Assembly: GCA_965649205.1 (NCBI GenBank)
Contig: CBFGJV010000015.1
Span: 1-61,615, forward strand
Length of the DNA stretch: 61,615 bases
Source of the DNA: a candidate division WOR-3 bacterium
Lineage (GTDB): Bacteria; Hydrothermota; Tepidihabitantia; Tepidihabitantales; Tepidihabitantaceae
Reading direction: 5' to 3'
Shown: positions 29,911-42,247 of the stretch, piece by piece
Position numbering within the stretch: position 1 is the first letter of the stretch
How the letters are laid out: each line of letters starts with the position of its first letter
Program-made: the position numbers and the translations under genes
The notes under the pieces: model-generated
Database searches by the model: none
Told to the model about the DNA's origin: nothing
Seen by the model: the letters and a program-made list of their open reading frames with translations, nothing else

Positions 29911-29968
29911 GTCTCATCTACCTACGGTAGAAGGAGCTCGGCCACCGCTCTGCGGTGGCTGCCATTTT
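29911..29968 (+). ncRNA. Putative ~58-nt two-hairpin small RNA
   Basis: Hairpin 1 CTC-A-TCTACC/TAC/GGTAGA-AG-GAG; hairpin 2 GCCACCGC/TCT/GCGGTGGC then ATTTT; begins at the predicted transcription start. Confidence 0.55.
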
Positions 29969-30443
29969 AGACTCGCCGGGCATACTTGTTCTTCATTTTC
30001 TGACGTCGCATCTCGCTCTGGACATAGAACGCCGTAATCAACCGCATGGCTCCGCGACTCAGCGGCTCCAGCACCACAACGAAATCCCCAGCCTCGTACC
30101 AGATATACGTACGTATCACGCCGGTAGCCTCGCGATGCTCAAAACACCTGACCCCGGGCTCATCTGGATGTTCAATCAGTGCCTTCACCCACGGCAACCG
30201 CTCGGCACGATCATAGTCCGGCGTACCAGCGTAATTACGGTGGTCGCCACGAGTCACCAAGTGCCAGAACGCAAGTTCCTTGCCGTCCTTCTGTCGTCGG
30301 TCATGAATAACGTTTCGGCCACGATACGTGGGACAACTTACCTTGAAATCGGCAGAGAACTGCTGGTAGGGAATCTCGACATCCCGTTCCCAGTTCTGGG
30401 TAAGAACCACCCTTGACGGCAGGAAGCCGGGCAAGACACTCAA
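29967..30443 (-). CDS. Hypothetical 158-aa protein, BECR-fold-like putative nuclease (resembles phage P1 RlfB-type proteins)
   Basis: TTG start overlaps the DUF3800 stop (TTGA) after SD GAGGTG; FWHLVT, PD..RAERLPW, FVVVLE, LITAFYV. Confidence 0.7.
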   Translation of the reverse strand: MSVLPGFLPSRVVLTQNWERDVEIPYQQFSADFKVSCPTYRGRNVIHDRRQKDGKELAFWHLVTRGDHRNYAGTPDYDRAERLPWVKALIEHPDEPGVRCFEHREATGVIRTYIWYEAGDFVVVLEPLSRGAMRLITAFYVQSEMRRQKMKNKYARRV

Positions 30444-31147
30444 ACCTTCACCTCGGTAGGAGTGAACACAAACAGGTTGAACTTCTCTTCCCACGGCGGT
30501 GTGGAGCGGCGAAGATCGGTGGGCAGGTAGTCCAGAATCCGCTTGATAACTGCACGCTTTGCCTCCGTCACTTTGATCCCTCGGTTGTGGCACACCACCG
30601 CACCGGTCAAAAAGTCAGCCAGTTGCAACAAACGTAGGTCGTGCGACCTGACCAGTGGTATCTCCGTAATAGTCCTGTACTCGAAATCGTACATCCCCCG
30701 GCAGAGAACTTCATGTAAGGTGCGCACCTGTTCGCTACCCCTGGTATCCTTGGCATCGAGATAGATCTTGTATTCACGGCCCTTGGCGACAATGTTGCGC
30801 AGCAGGTAGTAGTACATCTTGTAGTAGAACGAATCGTGGCTGCCCCGGTTGAACTGCTCGTGTTCGAGCCGCGACTTGTTCTCGACCACGAGACAGCGAA
30901 AGTGAAGCCCCGGCGTCCTGAAAAAAAGGTCAACCAATTCGATGTAGTAGGCCTGGCGGGACTTCGATACCTTATTCCACTTCAGCTCGCCCTTGGCGTT
31001 GTACCTGGCCGCGAGTCCTGAGATCAAGCTGGCCAGCATCCTGGCATCCGCTGACCGACACCAGATCGCGCCAAGGCCCATGAAGTCACACCGGTCATGC
31101 TCCAGATGACAGCTCTCGTCGCAGTAGATATTGTACTTTTCACCCAT
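30440..31147 (-). CDS. DUF3800 domain protein (resembles phage P1 RlfA-type proteins)
   Basis: N-terminal IYCDES and C-terminal LQLADFLTG (QxxD); SD GGAGGTG; start overlaps the hsdS 3' end. Confidence 0.85.
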   Translation of the reverse strand: MGEKYNIYCDESCHLEHDRCDFMGLGAIWCRSADARMLASLISGLAARYNAKGELKWNKVSKSRQAYYIELVDLFFRTPGLHFRCLVVENKSRLEHEQFNRGSHDSFYYKMYYYLLRNIVAKGREYKIYLDAKDTRGSEQVRTLHEVLCRGMYDFEYRTITEIPLVRSHDLRLLQLADFLTGAVVCHNRGIKVTEAKRAVIKRILDYLPTDLRRSTPPWEEKFNLFVFTPTEVKV

Positions 31148-32415
31148 TGGCACCTCCGGTCTTCACGCCAGACCCTCCATCTCGAGCCGGCTCTTCCGTT
31201 CTCACCCTCACCTTTCCCGTGAGCAGGTCGTGCATCAGGCCCTGCTTGAGCATCTTCATCTTCGCCAGATACGCCTCCTCAGCCCGAATCCGAGCATCGT
31301 GGGCGTCGAGGACACGAGCGACACGGGGCTCGTCACCGACTGGCAGTACGGGTACGCGATACGAATCGAAGAAATCAGGCTGAACCCGCTGTTGCCCTGC
31401 AGAACCAATCATGAATCCTTCTGCCCTACGCCGTAAGGCCGGATTCTGGAGCCAATGAAATACGAAGCGCGGCTCATGGCCGGGCTTTGCTCGTAGCACG
31501 TGAAACTCAGTTGACCCAAAGCCGAGGCCACTCACAAGGCCGACGGCGTGCAACCCCTTACCGTTCTCCATGCACGGCGTTATCTTGGCGAACAAGACAT
31601 CGCCTTCCTCGAATTGCGTGTAACCCAATGAGACCTGCGAGTACCGTCTTGTCTGCTTCCCTATCCACTCTCCCGCGTCGGAGACGTCAGACATAGGAAT
31701 GAACGAAACCAACGTATTTGGGTGCAGTAATCGCACCGTTGGAGAAGGATTCACCGCCGCCAAGTCGGAGATGGGCTGAGTCGGCCGTCTCTCCGGGTCT
31801 CTGAGTTGGCCGTTTTCGTCTATGCCGCGGGTGAGGAGGTCAGAGAGCAGGCCCTGCTTCATCATCTTCAGCTTGGCAATCACCTGCTCGGTCTTCTGAA
31901 TGACCTCATCAACCGTGTCCAGAATCTCGGCAATCCGGCGCTGCTCGGGAAGGGCGCGCGGATAGCTAACTCTAACATAACATGCGAAACGCGAGTTTAT
32001 CCCTGGTTGCGCCGAGCCTGTTATCGTGCGCGCAATCTGTTCCTGCGTAGGTTCAAAGACCAAACAGTGGAACAGAAATGCTTGGTCTAGAACCTCGTGT
32101 CGCCCTCGAAGTATGAACACATGCTCGTTCACAGCGGCCTCGGTGAACTCTCCCCGGTACATAGCCACTTTCCCTGTCTGCGCGCCGTCCTTGTTGATAA
32201 GGACATCACAGGCCCGGAGGTGTCCTCGTCGCATACTGGTGTAGAAGTCGCGAGGAACACGCTTGAGCTCTTTGAAGCTCATCCTCCCCGCAGTGTCGAT
32301 GTTCTCGCCGCCAATGCTCGGCACTTCACCGGAATCAGCGGTCGCGCCCCCTGGCGGTCGACTGCCTGGCTCAGGCGCCTGGATTAGGTCGGCAAGCACA
32401 CCCTTGACCCAGTCT

Positions 32416-32426
<11 letters not shown>
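31140..32426 (-). CDS. hsdS: Type I R-M specificity subunit
   Basis: Two TRDs; conserved [10 protein letters not shown]...[12 protein letters not shown] and [15 protein letters not shown]. Confidence 0.93.
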
Positions 32427-34839
<2,413 letters not shown>

Positions 34840-35430
34840 TCGTCCTCCCAGTCACCATATTTTACTCTGACAACAAACCGCTTCTCTCGCCCGATAGTTA
34901 CACATCTTTCCGCTATATTATGCCAAGCCGCTAATTGTGTCAAGGATTGGTTGAGGGTAGCTGAGGCCTGCCTGTCTGCTGGGCGGAAAATGAATCCATA
35001 AAGGACAGGACAGTTTCCTTCGCCATTTCCCCAGCTAGAGTCACAATAAAACAGAAGACGGTTTGCCGGAATGATTAAGCGGTAAGCTGGGCCGGTTATG
35101 GTCCCGCACACACCACAGATAGAGACGCAGTATTCCTGCCAGATAAGCCTAAGAGTATTCAGAAGGGGTAATTATTGCCTAACCTTCTGGCAATAAGGCG
35201 GTTATGCCATTGCGCCCCTGATCTGGGGAGTCACTGGGGGAGTCGTTCCCCCCTCCCCAGCCGAGGCGGTGCGGGCGTCAGATTAGCAGTATATGAAGTT
35301 CTGGGCCGTCTCGTTGGGCTTTCTCTCTGAAAGTACGACAGATACCGTTGTAAGGACCCGGCCGCGGGCAAAGATTGCGGGCCCGGCATACACCGGGCCC
35401 GGCTTAGGAATTTCTGTCTGCCTGTCTGGT

Positions 35431-36951
35431 TTATTTCTGCAGTACCAGTTTCTGGCTCAGAGTCACTTCGCCAAGTTCAAGGCGAGCGAGGTATATGCCC
35501 GCAGGCAATCCCCGCAGGTCAAGCGGGAAGGAGGAAAGACCTGCGTGTCCGCGCGCGCGGCTAACAGGAACCGAAAGCAGTGCCCGTCCGGCAGCGTCAA
35601 AAAAACGTATCTGTCCGGCTGACCAGGCGAAAGCCGCACCATTGACGATGAGGGTGCCAACGCCGTCCGCTATCGGGTTGGGCACGATCCGCAGCAGAGG
35701 GGTGCGCAACACTGTTTGAGTCTGCGCCTGCGGTTCTGGCTGTGTCCGCTGTTGCGTCTGCAGCCCATAGCGCCAGAACTCATTGGTCTTGTTCCCCTTG
35801 AGCAAGAAGAGCGCCTGGTTGTTCCAGTTCACCAGGTCGGCTCCGGCTTTTATCGCCTTTTTCCCTCCAGTACCATTGCGAGGTACTGTTTCTAGCGCGG
35901 CCCAACTGGCGGTGACGGGGTCGTATCTGTAGAACCCCTGGCTGCCTCCACCTTTTACAGCGTACAAACAGCCGTCATACCATATACCCGCAGCCCCGTC
36001 TTTGGACTTTTTCTTTTTGTTCTGCGCACCGCCTTCGGTGCCATAGAGCGGTAAGCCTTTCAGGGGTGTCTGATCCCAGCTGTCTTTCTGCAGGTCGTAG
36101 CGATACATAAAGTGGTGCGCATTTTCTCCCACCACATTTGCCTGATGCGCATAGATGTATCTGTTCTGGTCGTACACGAGGAACGAACCTTTGGCATATT
36201 TGCGCTTGTTGTTGCCAAACGGAGCGCTTTCCAGGGCAGACCACTGTTGCGACGCCAAGCTGAAGCGATAGAAGGCGGTTTTGCCGCCGGCCAGAAGGTA
36301 TATTTCGCCGCCCGCGCCGTTTTCCACATAGACCAAATCATTGCCGCCTTTTATCTTCACCGGCACCCGGGCAAGGGTATCCCAAGCTCCGTCTTCTATG
36401 CGGTAGCGCCAGAAGCCCTGGGTGTTGTTTCCCCGCAGCACATAAAGGTATTCTTTGCCATCTGAGACGGCGCAGGAGCCTTTGGACAGAGGTTTGGGCT
36501 TGCCCAGAGTTGGTTCGGTGTCAGGAATAGAAGGCAGGGAGACCCATTGATTGTCGCCGGGAATGTATTTGTAAAACTCGTATGTCTTGTTGCCTTTCGC
36601 GGCATAGATGACCGGAGCAGCGAAGTGCGCAGGGTTGGGATCTTGTGGAGCGACCACGAGCCAGGCGCCGTCCTTGGGAGGCTTGGCTCCAGGTATCTGT
36701 CTTACCTCCTGCCATCCCCCCGTTACCGGAGACATCGCCTCACCCGCAGCCCAAAACCCCCAAACTCCCTGGGTACTTGCGCCCGCACCTGTGCCCTGCA
36801 AGGTCTGACCTAAAGTTCCGTTCAAAAGGAAACTTGCGCTGCTTCCCGGTCCGCCCCCGGCGCTGAAACACTGCCAGCTTATACCGGCAGTCTGCGCCCG
36901 AGCAGTCGCGGCTAGGAGCAAAGCCATAATACAAATTCGGTATATCTTCAT
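35431..36951 (-). CDS. Secreted Kelch-like beta-propeller protein with C-terminal sorting domain
   Basis: Signal peptide; repeated Y..KG..T..F.RY....W blades; C-terminal VPNP...AGIYL...QKLV. Confidence 0.8.
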   Translation of the reverse strand: MKIYRICIMALLLAATARAQTAGISWQCFSAGGGPGSSASFLLNGTLGQTLQGTGAGASTQGVWGFWAAGEAMSPVTGGWQEVRQIPGAKPPKDGAWLVVAPQDPNPAHFAAPVIYAAKGNKTYEFYKYIPGDNQWVSLPSIPDTEPTLGKPKPLSKGSCAVSDGKEYLYVLRGNNTQGFWRYRIEDGAWDTLARVPVKIKGGNDLVYVENGAGGEIYLLAGGKTAFYRFSLASQQWSALESAPFGNNKRKYAKGSFLVYDQNRYIYAHQANVVGENAHHFMYRYDLQKDSWDQTPLKGLPLYGTEGGAQNKKKKSKDGAAGIWYDGCLYAVKGGGSQGFYRYDPVTASWAALETVPRNGTGGKKAIKAGADLVNWNNQALFLLKGNKTNEFWRYGLQTQQRTQPEPQAQTQTVLRTPLLRIVPNPIADGVGTLIVNGAAFAWSAGQIRFFDAAGRALLSVPVSRARGHAGLSSFPLDLRGLPAGIYLARLELGEVTLSQKLVLQK

Positions 36952-36975
36952 TATCGCCCCCTGCAGAAGCATGTG

Positions 36976-38871
36976 CTACTCAGCAACAACTTCTTCGGGC
37001 CGGCCTGGAGCGTCAACAAAGCGGTTCTTTTCCTGCCCTTTGCGCAGGCCGATGGCCCGCCAGCTGAATCTGGCGTTGCTCTTGCCGCCGTTCAGCTCAT
37101 ACACATCAAAGCCGGTGGCGTCAGTGCGCACATACACGCCGTTGCAGTCGTCCTGTAGCTGCACAAATACGTCCAGGGGATATTCGTCGGTAGCAGCGAT
37201 GCAGTCCAGAAAGAGTGGGTCCAGTTCAATGCGGGCATGCCCGGCAGTAAGCTGGCCACGGCCTATGTCTTCCACCCGCGGGTCCGGCAATTCTAACGAA
37301 ACCAGCAGTTTTTCTCCGGCTTTGGTGAGTGTGGATTGCGAACAATTACCATTGCCTATGCAACGGAACCCTCCTCCGGCTGGAGTCCAGGCCGCCACAT
37401 AGGCAAAGCTGGAGTAAAGACCATCGTCATGCAGGAAGTAACCGCCAGCCGCAGCTTTTCCTGATGTATAAAATGTGCCGCGACCGTAAACGCCATAGTA
37501 GGTTCCTGTGAACGCACCGCCGCTTCCGTCGGTGAGTGTATAAAACTGCGTACGGTTGTTGCCGGCGCCGACTACGCCCGTGCTACCGGCTGAGTTTTTG
37601 CCCAGTCCGAATACGCCGTTCGTAGTACCTACAAAGGAACCACCGGCGCCAGCCGCGGGAGCAAACGGCGACTGATTGTTGCCGCAACCCACAACCGCGG
37701 TACCACTGGTGTGGTAGTTTGACGCGGTCAGGGCGCCGTAAGAGGAACTGTTATTGTTGGCGGAAACACCGCTGGCATACGAACGACCGTCGCCAAAGAC
37801 CGCGTGCACCCCGCTGGTAGCAGAAGAACAGGCAATCTGTTCGGCTTTGCCCCGGCCCGTAATCCAGAAGTCCCCGGTCTGGGGAGAAGTATTGTTGTTT
37901 CTTATATAGTTCTGGTTGCCCCAGCTCTGATCAAAGGAAACAGTACCGGTAGTAGTAATCGGATTAGGAGAGCAGGTTACTCCTGTGCCCTGGGCTATGC
38001 TGGTTACTGTTCCGCTGCCGGTAGCCGTAGTTGGAGTCCAGGCGCTTCCATTCCAGGCTAGCACCTGGCCGGGGCTGGGCACTGTGCTGGCAACCGCCCT
38101 GCCCTGCAATTTGGCCACCGTGGGCCCGGGATAGGTTCCGGACAGGTCGCCGGTCGCGGCCTGACCTTCGTTCAGATAACGGCTGTCACCCCAGCTCTGG
38201 TCAAAAGATACCTGATCAGCCGAGACGGTAATGCCCGTGCCTTGTCCTACATGGAGAGTGACATCACCGGACAGCCCTCCGCCGGTGAGCCCTTGACCTG
38301 ATTCCACGCCGGTAATATCTCCGCCTCCCAGAGTCGGCTTGGCTGTGATATTGTCCCAGTGCACCTGTCCGCCGCCTCCTGAATTGGCGAGTTCGCTTTC
38401 TGTGTAGTAACGGTCGTCGTGGTTATGACCGGCTACAGCAAAGGCGGCAGCGTGTTGACCGTCCAGTTTGTCCGCATCGTCGGCTTTGAGTGCATAAGCG
38501 GAGCTGACTATCCGCACTCTGGGGGTTATGACTTCGCCTTCTATCTCTATCTCCAGATAACATTCGGGCCCATCTGGCAGTTCTGTGGCCGGGTCGAGCA
38601 GATTCACGCTGCCCAGCAGCACATTGAACAGGCCGTTGGTGACTGTTACCGCGGGCTGGGTTTCTTCCCAGTACTTGGTTCCGCCTGTGGCCGCATTGTA
38701 AATGCGGAAGGTCATAGAGAAGGTTCCGTTCTTGGGCGCGCCGACCGCATCTGTAAGTCTCCCCTGATAGTAAATAAGACCGGGTACGGTTATCGCTTCC
38801 GGAGTTACAGAAAAGGCGGTGCCCAGAATGACGGCTGTGAGTATGGTTATGATACCGCTGCGGGCCATCAT
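36976..38871 (-). CDS. Secreted fibre-like / adhesin-like repetitive protein
   Basis: Signal peptide; YQGRLTD N-domain; LDG, GDITGV, GDLSGTYP and VSFDQSWG (x2) repeats; GV.G repeats; C-terminal ED.G.G.L..G.A.I.LDP domain. Confidence 0.7.
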   Translation of the reverse strand: MMARSGIITILTAVILGTAFSVTPEAITVPGLIYYQGRLTDAVGAPKNGTFSMTFRIYNAATGGTKYWEETQPAVTVTNGLFNVLLGSVNLLDPATELPDGPECYLEIEIEGEVITPRVRIVSSAYALKADDADKLDGQHAAAFAVAGHNHDDRYYTESELANSGGGGQVHWDNITAKPTLGGGDITGVESGQGLTGGGLSGDVTLHVGQGTGITVSADQVSFDQSWGDSRYLNEGQAATGDLSGTYPGPTVAKLQGRAVASTVPSPGQVLAWNGSAWTPTTATGSGTVTSIAQGTGVTCSPNPITTTGTVSFDQSWGNQNYIRNNNTSPQTGDFWITGRGKAEQIACSSATSGVHAVFGDGRSYASGVSANNNSSSYGALTASNYHTSGTAVVGCGNNQSPFAPAAGAGGSFVGTTNGVFGLGKNSAGSTGVVGAGNNRTQFYTLTDGSGGAFTGTYYGVYGRGTFYTSGKAAAGGYFLHDDGLYSSFAYVAAWTPAGGGFRCIGNGNCSQSTLTKAGEKLLVSLELPDPRVEDIGRGQLTAGHARIELDPLFLDCIAATDEYPLDVFVQLQDDCNGVYVRTDATGFDVYELNGGKSNARFSWRAIGLRKGQEKNRFVDAPGRPEEVVAE

Positions 38872-38986
38872 ACCTCCTTACGGTTTAGAATTAAAATGTG
38901 TGCCTGCGTACACATTGTAACGCAGGGCCAAACATCGTCAATCATTCCGCTTGAAGACAGAGGCAGGCAGGGTAGAATGCGACAGC

Positions 38987-40153
38987 GTGCAAGAGCAAAC
39001 CGGTCCGGGCAACCCGACCGTTAACACCAGCATAGCCCTAAAGGACATAGCCCTGACGTTTCTGAAAGTAGGCGCCACCGGTTTTGGCGGAGGGCTGGGT
39101 ATGCTGGCTCTGTTGCGCCAGGAAATAGGCGAACGCCGACGCTGGGTAAGCGACAGCCAGCTGAGCGTGGCCGTGGCACTGGCTCAGGTCCTGCCTGGCC
39201 CCTTTATTTCCAACTGCACAAGTTATATCGGGCATGAATTGCGGGGCTTGCGCGGAGCAACTGTGGCGCTGACCGCTCTGCTTGCGCCCAGTTTTCTTCT
39301 TATGTGCGGGCTGAGCTTTTTCTATTTCCGCTATGGAACGGTGCCGGTAGTAAACCGGATGTTTTCCGGGGTGCAGCCAGTAGTGGTGAGCATTCTGGTC
39401 TGGGCAACCTGGCAGATTGGCCATACGCACATCAGAAGCAAAAGGGCACTGGCTATCGGTCTGATTGCGTTTCTGGCTTTGCTCTTACGTGTAGATGTTG
39501 TCCTGGTGGTGCTGGCCGCAGGCGTGGCTAACCTGATTCTGTCTCAGAGGACGCAAGTGCGTCCTCTTTCCCTTTTTCTCTACTCCCTACCCCTCTCTCC
39601 CGGACAGGCCTTGCCTGTGCTTCCTTCGGTTTGGACGCAAGCGCGGGACCTCTTGGCGGTATTTCTGAAGGTAGGAGCTCTGCTTTTCGGCGGCGGTTTT
39701 GCTTCCATACCTTTTCTACAGCAGGAAGTGGTGCAGGTGCGGCACTGGCTTACCATGCGGGAATTCATTGATGGCGTAGCTCTGGGTCAGATGACCCCGG
39801 GTCCGGTAGCTATCACCGCCACCTTTATCGGCTACAAGGTATTGGGCCTGGGAGGAGCTTTTCTTTCCACGCTGGCAGTATTTCTGCCGTCCTTTTTCCT
39901 TTTGTGGGGATTGCGGCAGGTGCACCGCCGGCTGGAGAACAATCCGCTGGTGCAGGGATTTCTGGGCGGCGTGCTTCCGGCAGTAACCGGTATTATGCTT
40001 TCGGCTGCTGTTTCTATGGCCCGCACGGCGCTGACCGGACCCGTTCCTGCGCTGATGGCGGTAGTATGCGTGCTGCTGCTTTTCCGGCTGCGCCTGGATC
40101 CCGTGTGGCTGATTCTGGCTGGTGCGCTGTCCGGGTTAGTTCTGTATCCTTGA
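38987..40153 (+). CDS. chrA: Chromate ion transporter (CHR family, long chain)
   Basis: Two FGGG...Q.[LT]PGP halves; GTG 38987 follows promoter TTGAAG-N16-TAGAAT. Confidence 0.88.
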   Translation: MQEQTGPGNPTVNTSIALKDIALTFLKVGATGFGGGLGMLALLRQEIGERRRWVSDSQLSVAVALAQVLPGPFISNCTSYIGHELRGLRGATVALTALLAPSFLLMCGLSFFYFRYGTVPVVNRMFSGVQPVVVSILVWATWQIGHTHIRSKRALAIGLIAFLALLLRVDVVLVVLAAGVANLILSQRTQVRPLSLFLYSLPLSPGQALPVLPSVWTQARDLLAVFLKVGALLFGGGFASIPFLQQEVVQVRHWLTMREFIDGVALGQMTPGPVAITATFIGYKVLGLGGAFLSTLAVFLPSFFLLWGLRQVHRRLENNPLVQGFLGGVLPAVTGIMLSAAVSMARTALTGPVPALMAVVCVLLLFRLRLDPVWLILAGALSGLVLYP

Positions 40154-40207
40154 CAGAGGGACAGGGTATCCTAGAATTGCGGCGACCTTCTCTGTCGGTA
40201 ACCCAGC

Positions 40208-40882
40208 ATGCAGAGCATTGCCAGTCTGATTGACCACACCCTCTTGCGACCAGAGGCAACTCCGGCGCAGGTGGAAGCCCTGTGTGCCGAAGCGCGGGAA
40301 TACGGGTTTGCGGCTGTGTGCGTAAATTCGTGTTATGTGCCGCTTTGCCGCCGGCAACTGGCCGGCAGTCAGGTACGGGTCTGCACCGTAGTCGGTTTTC
40401 CGCTAGGTGCGGCGTTGCGGGAAGCAAAAGCGGCCGAGGCCGCGGCGGCAGTGAATCTCGGTGCGGACGAACTGGATATGGTAGCCAATATTGGCTGGCT
40501 GAAGGCAAGAGCGGTGGAAATGGTAATATCTGATATTTCCGCCGTGGTGCACGCGGCTCAGGGTAGGGTGGTAAAGGTAATTATTGAAACTTGCCTTCTG
40601 ACAGAGGAGGAAAAGGAGTTAGCGACCCGGCTAGTGATGGAGGCGGGCGCCCAGTTTGTAAAGACTTCTACCGGCTTTTCTTCTGGCGGCGCCACCTTGG
40701 AGGACGTAGCGTTGCTGGCCAGGGTGGCTGGAGGGCGGATAGGGGTGAAGGCCTCGGGCGGTATTCGTGACCTAGCCACAGCCCGGGCTATGGTCGCGGC
40801 CGGCGCTACGCGAATAGGCACCAGCGCAGGTGTAAAAATAGTGACCGAAGAAAGAGAGCAGTCTATATCATCTTTGTCCTAA
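40208..40882 (+). CDS. deoC: Deoxyribose-phosphate aldolase
   Basis: [39 protein letters not shown]. Confidence 0.96.
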   Translation: MQSIASLIDHTLLRPEATPAQVEALCAEAREYGFAAVCVNSCYVPLCRRQLAGSQVRVCTVVGFPLGAALREAKAAEAAAAVNLGADELDMVANIGWLKARAVEMVISDISAVVHAAQGRVVKVIIETCLLTEEEKELATRLVMEAGAQFVKTSTGFSSGGATLEDVALLARVAGGRIGVKASGGIRDLATARAMVAAGATRIGTSAGVKIVTEEREQSISSLS

Positions 40883-40892
40883 AGGAGGACTA

Positions 40893-42143
40893 ATGGCTTA
40901 TGGTAAGATAAAGGAGTTCCTGCAGGCGGAACTTGCATCCGTGAAAGAAGCAGGACTCTACAAACAGGAAAGATACATTTTTGGGCCGCAGGGAGCGGAG
41001 ATTAAGGTGGAGTTTCCCACAGGCGCACCCGTAAAGGAAGTGCTGAACTTCTGCGCCAACAACTATCTGGGTCTCTCCAGTCATCCGGACACCATCAAGT
41101 CCGCGCACAAAGCGCTGGACGAATGGGGCTACGGACTTTCGTCGGTGCGCTTCATCTGCGGCACGCAGGACATCCACCGCCAGCTGGAGCGGAAAATTGC
41201 CGATTTTTTGGGTATGGACGATGCAATTCTGTACTCCTCCTGCTTTGATGCCAATGGCGGTCTGTTTGAGGTGCTGTTCAAGCAGGAAGACGCTATTCTC
41301 ACCGACGAGCTGAACCACGCTTCGGTAATAGACGGCATTCGCCTGTCCAAGGCCAAGCGCTACATCATCAAGCATATGGACCTTGCCGACTTAGAAGAAA
41401 AGCTGAAGTCTGAGGAAGTGCAGAAGGCTCGCTTCCGCGTGTTTGCCACCGACGGCGCGTTCTCGATGGACGGCGACATCGCGCCCCTGAAGGAAATCTG
41501 CGACCTGTGCGAGAAGTACGATGCGCTGGTGATGATAGACGACAGTCACGCCACCGGCTTTTTGGGCAAGCACGGCCGGGGCACGCATGAGCATTGCGGA
41601 GTGATGGGCAGGGTGGATATCATCACCTCCACCATGGGCAAGGCTCTGGGCGGAGCGTCCGGCGGCTTTACCGCAGCCAGAAAGGAAATTGTGGAAATCC
41701 TCCGGCAGCGCTCGCGGCCGTATCTGTTCTCCAATACCCTGCCGCCGGTAATTGCGGCGTCAGCCATCACCATCATCGACCTTCTGGCTCGCACCACAGA
41801 ACGTCGAGACAAGCTGGAGAAAAACACGATGTACTTCCGCCGGGCCATGACCGAAGCCGGTTTTGATATCCGGCCCGGAGTCCATCCCATTGTCCCCATC
41901 ATGCTCTACAACGCCAAGCTGGCGCAGGACTTTGCCCGCGATATGTACGAGGAAGGCATATATGTCATCGGCTTCTTCTATCCGGTGGTGGGCAAGGGAC
42001 TGGCCAGAATACGGGTACAGCTCTCGGCCGCGCACGAAAAGGAGCATATTGACCGGGCGATTGAAGCGTTCATCAAGGTGGGCAAAAAGTACGACATTCT
42101 ACACAAATCCAAGGACGAAATAATCGCCAGATACGGCGTGTAA
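40893..42143 (+). CDS. kbl: Glycine C-acetyltransferase (2-amino-3-ketobutyrate CoA ligase)
   Basis: [44 protein letters not shown]. Confidence 0.93.
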   Translation: MAYGKIKEFLQAELASVKEAGLYKQERYIFGPQGAEIKVEFPTGAPVKEVLNFCANNYLGLSSHPDTIKSAHKALDEWGYGLSSVRFICGTQDIHRQLERKIADFLGMDDAILYSSCFDANGGLFEVLFKQEDAILTDELNHASVIDGIRLSKAKRYIIKHMDLADLEEKLKSEEVQKARFRVFATDGAFSMDGDIAPLKEICDLCEKYDALVMIDDSHATGFLGKHGRGTHEHCGVMGRVDIITSTMGKALGGASGGFTAARKEIVEILRQRSRPYLFSNTLPPVIAASAITIIDLLARTTERRDKLEKNTMYFRRAMTEAGFDIRPGVHPIVPIMLYNAKLAQDFARDMYEEGIYVIGFFYPVVGKGLARIRVQLSAAHEKEHIDRAIEAFIKVGKKYDILHKSKDEIIARYGV

Positions 42144-42157
42144 AGAGGTCAGGGTCT

Positions 42158-42190
42158 AAAAAGAAACGGCCTGCAGGCCGTTTCTTTTTT
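42158..42190 (+). terminator. Intrinsic terminator after kbl (symmetric)
   Basis: AAAAAGAAACGGCC-TGCA-GGCCGTTTCTTTTTT. Confidence 0.85.
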
Positions 42191-42247
42191 CTGCACGCAG
42201 CGGAGTTGCCTTGACCGTTTGCAATTCATACCTATATTCCTTCCTGC

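Noticed and set aside
29941..29959. Hairpin as a simple terminator for the DUF3800 operon
   Set aside because: No U-tract follows on the minus strand and hsdR lies downstream in the same direction; not fully excluded
34840..35430. ORFs 34827-35111 and 35293-35622, or a tRNA integration site
   Set aside because: No SD or protein motifs, overlap with neighbouring genes or promoter, and no tRNA cloverleaf found
36976..38871. Prophage tail-fibre gene
   Set aside because: It has a signal peptide and no phage structural, packaging or integrase genes nearby
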